In this document: positions 17,001-26,734 of the stretch, piece after piece | Layout of the letters: every line of letters begins with the position of its first letter | How positions within the stretch are numbered: position 1 is the stretch's first letter | From: an uncultured Candidatus Saccharibacteria bacterium | GTDB taxonomy: Bacteria; Patescibacteriota; Minisyncoccia; Portnoybacterales; UBA2143 | Assembly (NCBI GenBank): GCA_964413015.1 | Contig: CAYPQZ010000008.1 | Span: 37,387-101,386, forward strand | Direction of reading: 5' to 3' | DNA: 64,000 bases | The notes under the pieces: generated by a model | Told to the model about the DNA's origin: nothing | Database searches by the model: none | Seen by the model: the letters and a program-made list of their open reading frames with translations, nothing else | Translations under genes and position numbers: made by a program

Positions 17001-17988
17001 TATATTCCAAACCTAAATGCCGGTAAGCCGCTTCGGTAACCAGTCGTCCTTTAGGAGTGCGGGTCAGGAAACCTAGGCGGAGCAAATAAGGTTCGTAAAT
17101 TTCTTCGATAGTATCAGTTTCTTCATTAGTGGCGGCGGCCAAAGCCTGAATACCGACCGGTCCGCCGTTGAATTTATGAATAATTGTTTCTAAAATATGC
17201 CGGTCAGCTAATTCTAGCCCCAGTTTATCTATCTCAAGCATTTTTAGCGCTTCTTGAGACAATTTCCAGTTAATTAATCCGTCAGCTTTAACTTGAGCGT
17301 AATCGCGGCTTCTCTTTAACAGACGGTTGGCTACTCGGGGAGTATAACGCGAACATCTGGCTATTGTCTGGACAGCCGTCGGTTCAATATCGGTTTTGAG
17401 TATCCGAGCTGACCGGTCAATGATTTTTTCAATGTCTTTCTGGTTGTAGAAATCTAAGCGATAGGTTGCTCCGAACCGGCTGCGCAAAGGAGAAGAAAGC
17501 ATGCCGATACGAGTAGTGGCTCCAATCAAGGTGAAATTGGGCAGTTCCAGCTGAATAGTTCTGGCTGAAGGGCCTTTGCCAATAACAATATCCAAAACAA
17601 AATCTTCCATAGCTGGGTATAAGGTTTCTTCAATAGTTCTGTTAAGTCGATGAAATTCATCTATAAAAAGGATGTCGCCGTTTTGCAAATTTGTCAGAAT
17701 AGAAGCCAAATCACCGACTTTTTCAATTGCCGGACCTGAAGTTATTTTAATATTATTATTCATCTCTCTGGCGATAATATGGGCCAGAGTAGTTTTCCCA
17801 AGCCCGGCGCTTCCATATAGCAGGATATGGTCAATTGATTCCTTTCTTTTTTTCGCTGCTTGTATTAGAATTTGAAGATTATCCTTGATTTTCTCTTGCC
17901 CCATATATTCCTGAAAGGATTTGGGGCGAAGGGTTGAATCCAGATAATTATCTTCAGATTGTTTCTGTTCGTTAATTACTCTTGACAT
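16975..17988 (-). CDS. ruvB: Holliday junction branch migration ATPase RuvB
   Basis: 337 aa with an AAA+ Walker A ([18 protein letters not shown]) and RuvB C-terminal winged helix. It overlaps the ComEA-like gene by 26 nt. Confidence 0.95.
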   Translation of the reverse strand: MSRVINEQKQSEDNYLDSTLRPKSFQEYMGQEKIKDNLQILIQAAKKRKESIDHILLYGSAGLGKTTLAHIIAREMNNNIKITSGPAIEKVGDLASILTNLQNGDILFIDEFHRLNRTIEETLYPAMEDFVLDIVIGKGPSARTIQLELPNFTLIGATTRIGMLSSPLRSRFGATYRLDFYNQKDIEKIIDRSARILKTDIEPTAVQTIARCSRYTPRVANRLLKRSRDYAQVKADGLINWKLSQEALKMLEIDKLGLELADRHILETIIHKFNGGPVGIQALAAATNEETDTIEEIYEPYLLRLGFLTRTPKGRLVTEAAYRHLGLEYNAEENKLF

Positions 17989-18185
17989 TTTTTTAATAAT
18001 TTGCTATTATCTTGAAAGCAAGTTTAATCTTTTTTGACCTGCAGGCAATAAGAACTCATTTTTTAAACGAGTTCGATAGGGATTTATCTTAGTTTCGGGT
18101 ATCCTGGCTCCGGCTGGAATATTCCTCGGAGAATCTTTTCTCTCTGTTCTCAGGCAGGGAGTCATTGCCTGCAGATTAATGAATG

Positions 18186-21100
18186 TTAGCCGGCGACCCT
18201 TTCCACTTCTTCCAGGGTCGTTTTTCCTTCAAGGGCCTTAAGTAATCCGTCCTGATAAAGGGTTAACATACCGTTTTTCTTAGCGGTTTCTTCTATCTGG
18301 GTTGGGCTGGCTGAAGCCAGAATTTCTTTTTTTATCTCTTGATTGGTAATCAATATTTCAAAAATACCTATTTGTCCCTGATATCCTTTCTGGTTGCATT
18401 TCCGACATTTTCCTGGTTTATATATTTTAATTTTTTTAATCTGTTTTTGATAAGGAGCTGGCATTTGCTTAAGCTCTTTTTTAATTTTCTCTAAGGCCTC
18501 TGGCTCTATTTCAGCTTCTTTTTTACAGTAAGGGCAGAGTTTTTTGACTAACCGTTGAGCCACAATTGCTTTGATTGAAGAGCTGATATCGCCGCTTCTT
18601 ATCTTAAGATTAGTCAGTCTTTGAATCGCTTCGGCGGCACTGTTGGTGTGAAGCGTGGTTAATACCAGATGTCCGGTCAGAGACGCCTGAATAGCCGATT
18701 GGGCGGTTTCCGGATCCCTGATTTCTCCCAGCATAATAATATTGGGGTTTTGTCTAAGCAGGGCTCTTAGGGCTTCAAAAAAAGTATATCCTTCCTCTTT
18801 GTTAATCTGTGTTTGAATAACGCCCGGCAGGCGGTATTCAATTGGGTCTTCAATAGTGAATATCTTGGTTTCTGGCTGGTTAAGCTTGTTCAGGATTGAA
18901 TAAAGAGTGGTTGTTTTACCAGCGCTGGTCGGTCCGGTTACAAAGATGATTCCGTTGGGCGATTTGATCACTTTCTCTAAATCTTTCAGCAATTCCGGTC
19001 GGACGCCTAATTCTTTCAGCGAAATAATGGCTATGTCAGATCTGAGCAGACGGATAATTACCGATTCTCCATAGCCGCTTGGGATAACCGAAACTCGAGT
19101 GTCGTAAATCTGTTTGTCAGGACATTCTATCTTAAACCGTCCGTCCTGGGCTTTTTGATGAACGTCAACTTTCATACCAGCCAGTTCTTTGACATAAGAG
19201 ATAGTCGGCAAGAACAATTCCTTGGGAATTTCAGCTATTTTTTCCAGAGAACCGTCTATACGCAATCTTACGGTAAAACTTGTCTCGGCTGTTTCAAAGT
19301 GAATATCAGTAGCTTTTAATTTTATGGAGACAGCGACAATCCATTTTATTAGATTCTCCATTTTGGCAGCAATTAGCTTTTTCTGGATTTCGTCTTTGTT
19401 AAAAGTTAAGGACTGCGACCATTCAAAAATTTCCCGGTCAATAACTAAAGCTCGGCTGAGCATTGACATAATCGATTCTCCGTAAAGCTGTTCAATATAT
19501 TGAGGATAACCAATAACTCTTTGAACTTCTTCCAGCGAAGTTATTCCTTCAATAACTCTTAGCATAGAGTCCTGCATTAGTGTGAGCATGCCTTCTTCCA
19601 TGGCCTTAGCTCTAAGTTCATAAGAGGTGGCTTGCTTGAGAATTAGCTTTTCAATGGTATCATTAATCGTGAATAATTCAAAAATCCCAATTCTCCCTTT
19701 ATATCCTAACCCATTGCATTTTTCGCACCCTTTAGCTTTATAGAATTTAGATATCTTTTTAGGAATATCGACCCCTGATTTCGCAGAAATTAAAGAGAAA
19801 ATCTTTTTTGCGCTTTCAATCATTTCAGGCGAGGGTTCGTAAGGTTCTTTGCAATAAGGACATAATCTTCTGACTAAACGCTGGGCAATTACCAGATTAA
19901 GTGAAGCCGGAATTAAGAACGGTTTAATTCCCATTTCAGTAAGACGAGGAATAGCTCCGGCAGAATCATTAGTGTGAACTGTTGAGAAGACTAAGTGTCC
20001 GGTTAAAGCGGACTGGACGGCAATTTGAGCGCTTTCCGCGTCCCTAATTTCCCCAACCATCAAGGCGTCGGGATCTTGCCGGACGACTGTTTTTAAGGTT
20101 TTAGCGAATGTTTGGCCTTTGCGTTTACTGACTTGAGTCTGAGTAATCCCTTTAAGTTTGTATTCAATCGGGTCTTCGACGGTAATAATTTTGGTTTCCG
20201 ACTTGTTAATGTAATTAAGGCAGGCGTAAAGAGTGGTCGTTTTTCCTGAGCCGGTCGGTCCGGTAGTCAAAATCATCCCATTGGGCCTGATAATTTGGCT
20301 TTCAACTTTCTTGAAAGATTCGGGCCTAAAACCTAAATTAGGAAGATTTAATTGGACGGCTTCGGAATCTAATAACCGCATAACAATGCTTTCTCCAAAG
20401 CTGCTTGGCAGAATGGAAACTCTAATATCAATACTCTTAACAAGCTCTTCCTGGTCCATAATCTTAATTGTAAAGCGGCCATCCTGTGAGATGTCATGGA
20501 CGTTAAGCAGCATGCTGGATAAAGTCTTGACTCTGGAAAGGGAAAACCTGTAGGCCTTGGCAGGGAAAACAGCAATGTCCTGAAGTAATCCGTCAATCCG
20601 GTAACGGAGCCGGATGATATCTTTGCTTGGTTCAAAATGGACATCGGAGGCGCCCATTTTGATAGCTCCAGCCATAATAATCGTTAAAAGACGGGTGGTT
20701 GAAAAATTAATGATTGTTTTTTTAAGTTCTTGGATTGTCTTTAGCGATTGCTCAAACTCTTTCAGCTCTTTTTCTTGGATAACAAAATCGTCTTTCAAAG
20801 AGGCAACTTCAAGGTCTATCATTTCATAGTAAGATCGTTTTTTTATTAAGCTGCTTGAGGAGACAATTACTAACTTGCATTCAAATCCTTGCTTTTGAAG
20901 TTCTTCAATAATCTGTTTTGTATTGGGATCGCCGGGATTTTTAACAGCCACTTGAAGAGTTTTCCCGATTTTTCTGATAACTAAAATGTTTCCTTTTTCA
21001 GATTTTTCTTTTTCTAGGATGGCTAAATCCTTGGCATCAACTGGCAATAAATCCAGTTTGATGTAGGGAAGATTGAGTTTTTCCGCCAAACGCTTAGCCT

Positions 21101-21215
21101 CGTTTTCTTCTTCCTGGCGCTTTATTCGACTAATTTTCCTTTCAAAATTTTTCATCTCATCAAGACGTTTTCCTTTTTCAAAAGCGGCTGGATTTGTAAC
21201 ATTAGGTTGACTCAT
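18186..21215 (-). CDS. Tandem-duplicated type II/IV secretion system ATPase (two complete GspE/PilB modules fused in one 1009-aa polypeptide)
   Basis: Each half carries a GspE N-domain, Walker A (GPTGSGKTTTLY / GPTSAGKTTTLY), DPIEY, Asp box (GEIRD), His box (LTGHLVFSTVHTN / LTGHLVLTTLHTN) and a tetracysteine zinc motif (CPYCK...C.KCN). Confidence 0.8.
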   Translation of the reverse strand: MSQPNVTNPAAFEKGKRLDEMKNFERKISRIKRQEEENEAKRLAEKLNLPYIKLDLLPVDAKDLAILEKEKSEKGNILVIRKIGKTLQVAVKNPGDPNTKQIIEELQKQGFECKLVIVSSSSLIKKRSYYEMIDLEVASLKDDFVIQEKELKEFEQSLKTIQELKKTIINFSTTRLLTIIMAGAIKMGASDVHFEPSKDIIRLRYRIDGLLQDIAVFPAKAYRFSLSRVKTLSSMLLNVHDISQDGRFTIKIMDQEELVKSIDIRVSILPSSFGESIVMRLLDSEAVQLNLPNLGFRPESFKKVESQIIRPNGMILTTGPTGSGKTTTLYACLNYINKSETKIITVEDPIEYKLKGITQTQVSKRKGQTFAKTLKTVVRQDPDALMVGEIRDAESAQIAVQSALTGHLVFSTVHTNDSAGAIPRLTEMGIKPFLIPASLNLVIAQRLVRRLCPYCKEPYEPSPEMIESAKKIFSLISAKSGVDIPKKISKFYKAKGCEKCNGLGYKGRIGIFELFTINDTIEKLILKQATSYELRAKAMEEGMLTLMQDSMLRVIEGITSLEEVQRVIGYPQYIEQLYGESIMSMLSRALVIDREIFEWSQSLTFNKDEIQKKLIAAKMENLIKWIVAVSIKLKATDIHFETAETSFTVRLRIDGSLEKIAEIPKELFLPTISYVKELAGMKVDVHQKAQDGRFKIECPDKQIYDTRVSVIPSGYGESVIIRLLRSDIAIISLKELGVRPELLKDLEKVIKSPNGIIFVTGPTSAGKTTTLYSILNKLNQPETKIFTIEDPIEYRLPGVIQTQINKEEGYTFFEALRALLRQNPNIIMLGEIRDPETAQSAIQASLTGHLVLTTLHTNSAAEAIQRLTNLKIRSGDISSSIKAIVAQRLVKKLCPYCKKEAEIEPEALEKIKKELKQMPAPYQKQIKKIKIYKPGKCRKCNQKGYQGQIGIFEILITNQEIKKEILASASPTQIEETAKKNGMLTLYQDGLLKALEGKTTLEEVERVAG

Positions 21216-21602
21216 TTTTGTTTTTTATCCAATTACCTTAATTTTAACTTATTTAAATTCCCGGGTCAATTATTTGCAAGAGTGATAAAGAAGGGTTTTT
21301 TAATTGACCAAAACTGGCCGCAAAGGTATGATTGAAATAGATAAAAATCTAAAAAAAAGAACAAAAGAGAATTATCTTTAAAATGATGCTCATTACGCAG
21401 CAAGGATGTCATTTTAAGGATGATGCTTCTGGATTAATGCCCAAAAAAAACAAAATCAGCGATATTCCATTAGCAGACCGTCCCCGCGAAAAAATAAAAG
21501 AAAAATCTTTTGGGATAATTCAAATTTTAAGGGAAATTAACAAGTATTTATTTTTAATTTGGCTACAATTCGGCTAGGCGATAACCGAATGAGTTTTTAT
21601 AA

Positions 21603-23102
21603 ATGGACAATCAGTTTTTGGAAAAATTAAAGGGGTGGAGGTTGATAAAAGCGCGGGAAGAGAATCTGCCGGTTTTTCGTGTTTTTGCGAACAAGACGCT
21701 TGAAAGCATTACGGCGATGAAACCAAAAAATAAGGAAGAACTTTTGACTATTAAGGGAATTAAGGAAAGGAAATTTGAGAAATATGGTCAGGATATTCTC
21801 GCTTTGGTTAATGGAAGCGAAACGAAAGGCTCTTTATCTCCAGTTTCTTGTGATGACAGCGATAAGAAACCCTATACGGTTAGCCGGTATTTAAATTTGC
21901 TGAATAGCAAATTGCAAGAACAGAAAGCGAGGATTAAAGGAGAAATAAGCAGTTTAGATATCAAGGAAAGATATTTATTCTTTTCTATTAAGGATAAAGA
22001 TGATGAAAGCTTACTTGGCTGTTTTATGTGGCAAAGGGATTATCAACTATCCGGAGTTGAATTTAAAGAGGGTGTGGAAATTATTATTGAGGGGTTCCCC
22101 GAAGTTTATAAGCCAATCGGCCGGATGACTTTTAGGACTTCTATGGCCGAATTGGTCGGAGAAGGCGCTCTCAAAAAAGCTTATGAAAGGCTAAAAAAGA
22201 AGCTAAAAGACAAAGGCTTGTTTTCTCCGGAGCGCAAAAAAATGATTCCTGACTTTCCCCAAGATATTGGCCTGGTGACTTCCGAGACCGGGGCGGTAAT
22301 TCACGATTTTTTGAATAATTTAGGCAAATATGGCTATCGGATTAAGTTTTTCAATTCAAGGGTAGAAGGCCAAGCGGCGGCGCGAGATTTGCTTTCGGCA
22401 GTTAACTATTTTGACGATAAGGACATAGATGTTTTAGTTATTATCAGAGGCGGCGGCAGTTTGGAAAGTTTACAGGCTTTTAACAACGAAGTTTTGGTCA
22501 GGAAAATAGCTGATTTTAAAAAGCCGGTAATATGCGGAATCGGCCATGATAAAGATATTCCTTTGGCTTCAATGACGGCCGATTTAATGGTTTCAACGCC
22601 TACGGTCGCGGCAGTTAAATTAAATAAATCTTGGGATAGCGCTCTGGACAGCATTCGTGTTTTTGAAAAAGATATTATCTATAAGTATCAAAAGGTATTG
22701 GCCGATAAAAATTATGAGCTTGAAATAATAGGGCAGAAGCTATGGCAAAAGGCCGATTTTATTTTTAAAAAAGTCAAGGACGTCGGGTATCAATTAATGG
22801 ATAAATTGAACGAATTAGGACACAAATTAAACGAGATAGATAAAATTTTGAAGGAATTCCTGAAATCGATTTTAGTTAATTTCCAAAGACGTTTAGGTGA
22901 AATAAACAAGTATTTAGATACATCGGGAAGGCGATTAAAAACAGTTGACCCAAAACGACAATTAAGACTGGGTTATAGCATTGTTTTAAAAGGAGCCAAA
23001 GTAATAAAAAGCGTCAAACAAGTTAATAAAAACGACGGAGTTAATATTAAAATTTATGATGGTGAAATAAAATCTCGGGTCGAGGAGGTTATTAATAAAT
23101 AA
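21603..23102 (+). CDS. xseA: Exodeoxyribonuclease VII large subunit with N-terminal HRDC-like domain
   Basis: 499 aa. Residues ~1-70 resemble an HRDC domain (LKGWRLIKAREENLPVFRVFANKTLESITAMKPKNKEELLTIKGIKERKFEKYGQDILALV). The rest is XseA (OB-fold + catalytic region: GLVTSETGAVIHDFLN, IIRGGGSLESL). It is followed by xseB. Confidence 0.8.
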   Translation: MDNQFLEKLKGWRLIKAREENLPVFRVFANKTLESITAMKPKNKEELLTIKGIKERKFEKYGQDILALVNGSETKGSLSPVSCDDSDKKPYTVSRYLNLLNSKLQEQKARIKGEISSLDIKERYLFFSIKDKDDESLLGCFMWQRDYQLSGVEFKEGVEIIIEGFPEVYKPIGRMTFRTSMAELVGEGALKKAYERLKKKLKDKGLFSPERKKMIPDFPQDIGLVTSETGAVIHDFLNNLGKYGYRIKFFNSRVEGQAAARDLLSAVNYFDDKDIDVLVIIRGGGSLESLQAFNNEVLVRKIADFKKPVICGIGHDKDIPLASMTADLMVSTPTVAAVKLNKSWDSALDSIRVFEKDIIYKYQKVLADKNYELEIIGQKLWQKADFIFKKVKDVGYQLMDKLNELGHKLNEIDKILKEFLKSILVNFQRRLGEINKYLDTSGRRLKTVDPKRQLRLGYSIVLKGAKVIKSVKQVNKNDGVNIKIYDGEIKSRVEEVINK

Positions 23103-23112
23103 AGTTAAGATT

Positions 23113-23319
23113 ATGGAGAAAAATAAATTAAAAGATTCATTAAAAAAGATAGAGTCCATTATCGATTGGTTTGACAAGCAGGAAGAAATAGATGTTGAAG
23201 CCGGATTGGAAAAAGTGAAAGAGGGCGTGGTTTTAATAAGAGACAGCAAAGGAAGATTAAAAGAATTGGAGAATGAATTTAAAAAAGTAAAAGCGGGGCT
23301 GGAAAAAGAAATTGATTAA
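23113..23319 (+). CDS. xseB: Exodeoxyribonuclease VII small subunit
   Basis: 68 aa coiled-coil protein (SLKKIESIIDWFDKQEEIDVEAGLEKVKEG) immediately downstream of xseA. Confidence 0.75.
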   Translation: MEKNKLKDSLKKIESIIDWFDKQEEIDVEAGLEKVKEGVVLIRDSKGRLKELENEFKKVKAGLEKEID

Positions 23320-23358
23320 TTCGGCTAAATTCGGCTATGCGATAGCCGACCAAAAAAT

Positions 23359-23805
23359 ATGAAGATTGTTACTGAGAATACTGAAGAAACTCAGAAGGTG
23401 GGAGAGTTTTTAGCTAAGGAAATAAGGGTTTCAAAAAACAATCAAAAAGGCGCTTTAGTTATTGGACTGGAAGGCGATTTGGGCGGCGGCAAAACCACTT
23501 TTGTCCAGGGCCTGGCCAAGGGACTGGGGATTAAAGATAAAATTACCAGTCCCACATTTGTTATTCTGAAGAAATACGACATTAAGCGCCGGACCCAAGA
23601 CATTAAATGCCTGTATCATCTTGATTGTTATCGGATTGGGCCAAAAGATTTGTCTGACTTGGATTTTAAGGAGATTATTAAAAATCCTCAAAATGTAATT
23701 GTTATTGAATGGGTTGAAAGGATTAAAAAAAATTTGCCCGCAAATGCTTTTTGGATAAAATTTAAATATCTTGATAAAAATAAAAGGGAGCTTTTAATCA
23801 AATGA
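23359..23805 (+). CDS. tsaE: tRNA threonylcarbamoyladenosine biosynthesis protein TsaE (YjeE ATPase)
   Basis: 148 aa with a P-loop (GLEGDLGGGKTTFVQGLAKGLGI) and ITSPTFVILKKY, the TsaE signature. Confidence 0.75.
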   Translation: MKIVTENTEETQKVGEFLAKEIRVSKNNQKGALVIGLEGDLGGGKTTFVQGLAKGLGIKDKITSPTFVILKKYDIKRRTQDIKCLYHLDCYRIGPKDLSDLDFKEIIKNPQNVIVIEWVERIKKNLPANAFWIKFKYLDKNKRELLIK

Positions 23806-24677
23806 AAAAGTTAGTTATTCTTGACGGCAATGCTTTGATTCATCGAGCTTTCCACGCTTTGCCCGAGCTAAAAACCAAACAGGGTGAATTAGTTAATGCG
23901 GTTTACGGTTTTACCAGCATTCTTTTTAACGTTATTCAGGAATTAAAACCTGATTATTTGGCGGCAACCTTTGATTTAGCCGGACCGACTTTCCGGGATT
24001 TGGAATACAAGGATTACAAGGCCAAAAGAGTTAAGCATCCCCAAGAACTTTACGACCAGATTCCTCAAATAAAAGAAATTGTCAAAGCGCTAAAAATTTC
24101 CATTTACGAAAAAAAGGGATTTGAAGCCGATGATGTCATCGGCACCATCGTATCAAAAGTTTCAAGTTCCAAACACCAAGTTTTAAGCGTGATTATTACC
24201 GGCGACTTGGATTTACTTCAATTAGTCGATAAAAATACGGAAGTCCATACGCCTAAAAAAGGAATTAAGAATATTGTCGTTTATGACCTTTTGGCAGTCA
24301 AAGAACGCTACAATCTAAAGCCCAAACAGATTATTGATTTAAAAGGATTAAGAGGCGACGCTTCCGACAATATTCCCGGGGTGCCTGGCATTGGTGAGAA
24401 AACCGCTCTTAAGCTGATTGGAGAATTTGGCAGTCTGGAAAAACTTTATCAGGATATTGAGTCAAGCAATTTGGAGCCGAAATTAAAAGCACGGCTGTTG
24501 GAATATAAGAAAGATGCTTTTTTCAGCAAACGTTTGGTTACTATTAAAAAAGACGTTCCTTTTGATTTTGATTTAAAAAAATGCCAATGGGGGAATTGCA
24601 ACAAGAGAAAGGCGCTTGATTTATTAAAAAAGTTTGAGTTTAAAAGTTTAATTAAAAGACTTGAGATGCTGAAATAG
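23802..24677 (+). CDS. 5'-3' exonuclease / flap endonuclease (Pol I N-terminal domain-like)
   Basis: 291 aa with LVILDGNALIHRAFHALP and acidic metal-binding clusters plus an H3TH region (GVPGIGEKTALKLI). Confidence 0.8.
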   Translation: MKKLVILDGNALIHRAFHALPELKTKQGELVNAVYGFTSILFNVIQELKPDYLAATFDLAGPTFRDLEYKDYKAKRVKHPQELYDQIPQIKEIVKALKISIYEKKGFEADDVIGTIVSKVSSSKHQVLSVIITGDLDLLQLVDKNTEVHTPKKGIKNIVVYDLLAVKERYNLKPKQIIDLKGLRGDASDNIPGVPGIGEKTALKLIGEFGSLEKLYQDIESSNLEPKLKARLLEYKKDAFFSKRLVTIKKDVPFDFDLKKCQWGNCNKRKALDLLKKFEFKSLIKRLEMLK

Positions 24678-24684
24678 TTGGAAC

Positions 24685-25719
24685 ATGTTTAGTTTAAGAA
24701 ATAAATGGATTAGTTTTTTGATATTGGCTCTTTTGGCTCTGGGGCTAATTTTTGTTTTTCAGAGAAACAGCTGGAAAATTAATCCGGAAGAGAATCCGGA
24801 TAATTCGGATAATCAATTACAGGGAGAAATCAGTCCCTTAAGCGGACTGGCCTGTTTGAATTATCAGAGAAGACCCATCGCTATAGTTCTGGCCAATGAT
24901 CCGGTAGCCCGTCCTTTATCCGGACTTTCTCAGGCGGATTTGGTTATTGAAATGCCCGTTATAACCAGCAGCATCACTCGAATGCTGGCTTTCTATGTCT
25001 GCGAGCTTCCGGAAGAAGTCGGCTCAATGCGTAGTGCCCGCCATGATTTCATTCCTTTGGCTGAAGGATTTGACGCTATTTTAGTCCACTGGGGAGGCTC
25101 TCATTTTGCCTTGGATAAATTAAATGCCGGGACTATAGACAATGTTGACGCTCTGAAAAATCCTTATAATGCCTTTTACCAAAAAGCCAGCACTCCTCAG
25201 CCGCATAACGGTTTTTCTTCCGCGAACCGTTTGTTAAATAGCATTCGTAAACTGGGCTACCGTTTGGAAAACCAATTTGAAGGATACGAATTCCAAGCGC
25301 AAAGCAAAAAGCACAAAGTGCAAAATGACAACTCAAAACTAAAAATTCAATACAGTTATCCGTATAATGTTGAGTACCAATATGATCCGGAAACTAATTC
25401 TTATTTACGTTGGAGGACGGGGACGCCGGAGATAGATGCTAATAATGGTCAGCAAATAAGGGCTAAGAATATAGTGGTAATGGAGGTTTTCTCAAAACAG
25501 ATTGAAGGGCCGTATTACAATGATTTAGAGTTGGAAGGGGATGGGCAATGCCGGGTTTATCAAAACGGAGAAGTTATTCCCTGTATTTGGCAGAAAAGCG
25601 AGCAAGCTCCAGCCAGCAAACTGGAATTTTTAGATGAAAATGGAGAAGAAATATCTTTTATCCCCGGTCAAATTTGGATAGAAATAGTCGAGCCGGGCCA
25701 AGAAGTTATTTGGGAATGA
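24685..25719 (+). CDS. DUF3048 (YerB-like) secreted/lipoprotein
   Basis: 344 aa with an N-terminal signal/TM. The conserved DUF3048 core (RRPIAIVLANDPVARPLSGLSQADLVIEMPV...SARHDFIPLAEGFDAILVHWGGS) was recognised from memory. Confidence 0.5.
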   Translation: MFSLRNKWISFLILALLALGLIFVFQRNSWKINPEENPDNSDNQLQGEISPLSGLACLNYQRRPIAIVLANDPVARPLSGLSQADLVIEMPVITSSITRMLAFYVCELPEEVGSMRSARHDFIPLAEGFDAILVHWGGSHFALDKLNAGTIDNVDALKNPYNAFYQKASTPQPHNGFSSANRLLNSIRKLGYRLENQFEGYEFQAQSKKHKVQNDNSKLKIQYSYPYNVEYQYDPETNSYLRWRTGTPEIDANNGQQIRAKNIVVMEVFSKQIEGPYYNDLELEGDGQCRVYQNGEVIPCIWQKSEQAPASKLEFLDENGEEISFIPGQIWIEIVEPGQEVIWE

Positions 25720-25773
25720 CGTTATTAATCTCCGATCGCTCGGACGCACGTCCACGCTTGCAATTTAAAAAAT

Positions 25774-26727
25774 TTGTCTTCTGCGATTAATATTATGGTA
25801 ATACTTCTTCACGGCGAGGATACGTTTCGCTCGCGGCAAAAATTGAATGAGATTATTAAAGAATACCAAGCCAAGCATAAAACCGGCCTGAATTTGGTTC
25901 GGCTTTCAGAAAAGGATTTGAGCTTTGACAAAATTAAAGAGATTCTAGAAGCGGTTTCCATGTTTAACGAAAAGAAACTAGTTATTCTGGAAAACGCTTT
26001 AAAGAACAAAGGTTTTTTAGAAGATTTTTCTAAATATGTTAAGAATAACAAGTTGAAAGGTAATCAGGAAATTATTTTAGTTATTTACCAGGAAGGGAAA
26101 CTGGCAATCAGCCCTTTTAAATCATGGCTGACTATGTCTGAAGAGTTCAAAACTCTGGCAGGGCCAAGTTTGAATAGTTGGGTTAAGAAAAAAGCGGCTG
26201 AAAACCAAGTAGTCATTGATTCACGGGCAATTGATAAATTAGTTGCTTTTGTCGGTAGCGATTTATGGCAAATGAGCAATGAAATTGGCAAGCTGGCTAG
26301 TTACAAAAAGGGTCAAACCATTAATTCTGAAGATATTGATTTGATGGTCAAATCAAAAATTGATTTGAATATTTTTAAAACGCTTGACGCTTTGGCTCAA
26401 AAAGACAAGAAAACCGCCCTTAAGCTTTTGCACGAACATTTAAATCAGGGAGAAAACGAAATTTTCCTGTTTTCAAGGTTTGTTTATCAACTAAGGGTTT
26501 TACTGAAACTTAAGGATTTGATGGATAAAGGCGTGCCGTATTATAATTTGGCCAAGCAAAGCGGTCTGCATCCTTTTGTGGTTAAAAAAAGCTCGGAACA
26601 ATTAAGGAATTTTACCCTGGAGCAATTAAAAGAAATCTATCGGTATTTACTTAAGATTGATTTGGCCATTAAAACAGGCCGTCTGGATGGCCAGACCGCC
26701 CTTGATTTATTAGTTAATGAGATGTAG
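25774..26727 (+). CDS. holA: DNA polymerase III delta subunit
   Basis: 317 aa with an N-terminal clamp-loader delta signature (LLHGEDTFRSRQKLNEII) and C-terminal helical domain. Confidence 0.7.
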   Translation: MSSAINIMVILLHGEDTFRSRQKLNEIIKEYQAKHKTGLNLVRLSEKDLSFDKIKEILEAVSMFNEKKLVILENALKNKGFLEDFSKYVKNNKLKGNQEIILVIYQEGKLAISPFKSWLTMSEEFKTLAGPSLNSWVKKKAAENQVVIDSRAIDKLVAFVGSDLWQMSNEIGKLASYKKGQTINSEDIDLMVKSKIDLNIFKTLDALAQKDKKTALKLLHEHLNQGENEIFLFSRFVYQLRVLLKLKDLMDKGVPYYNLAKQSGLHPFVVKKSSEQLRNFTLEQLKEIYRYLLKIDLAIKTGRLDGQTALDLLVNEM

Positions 26728-26734
26728 TTTAGCC

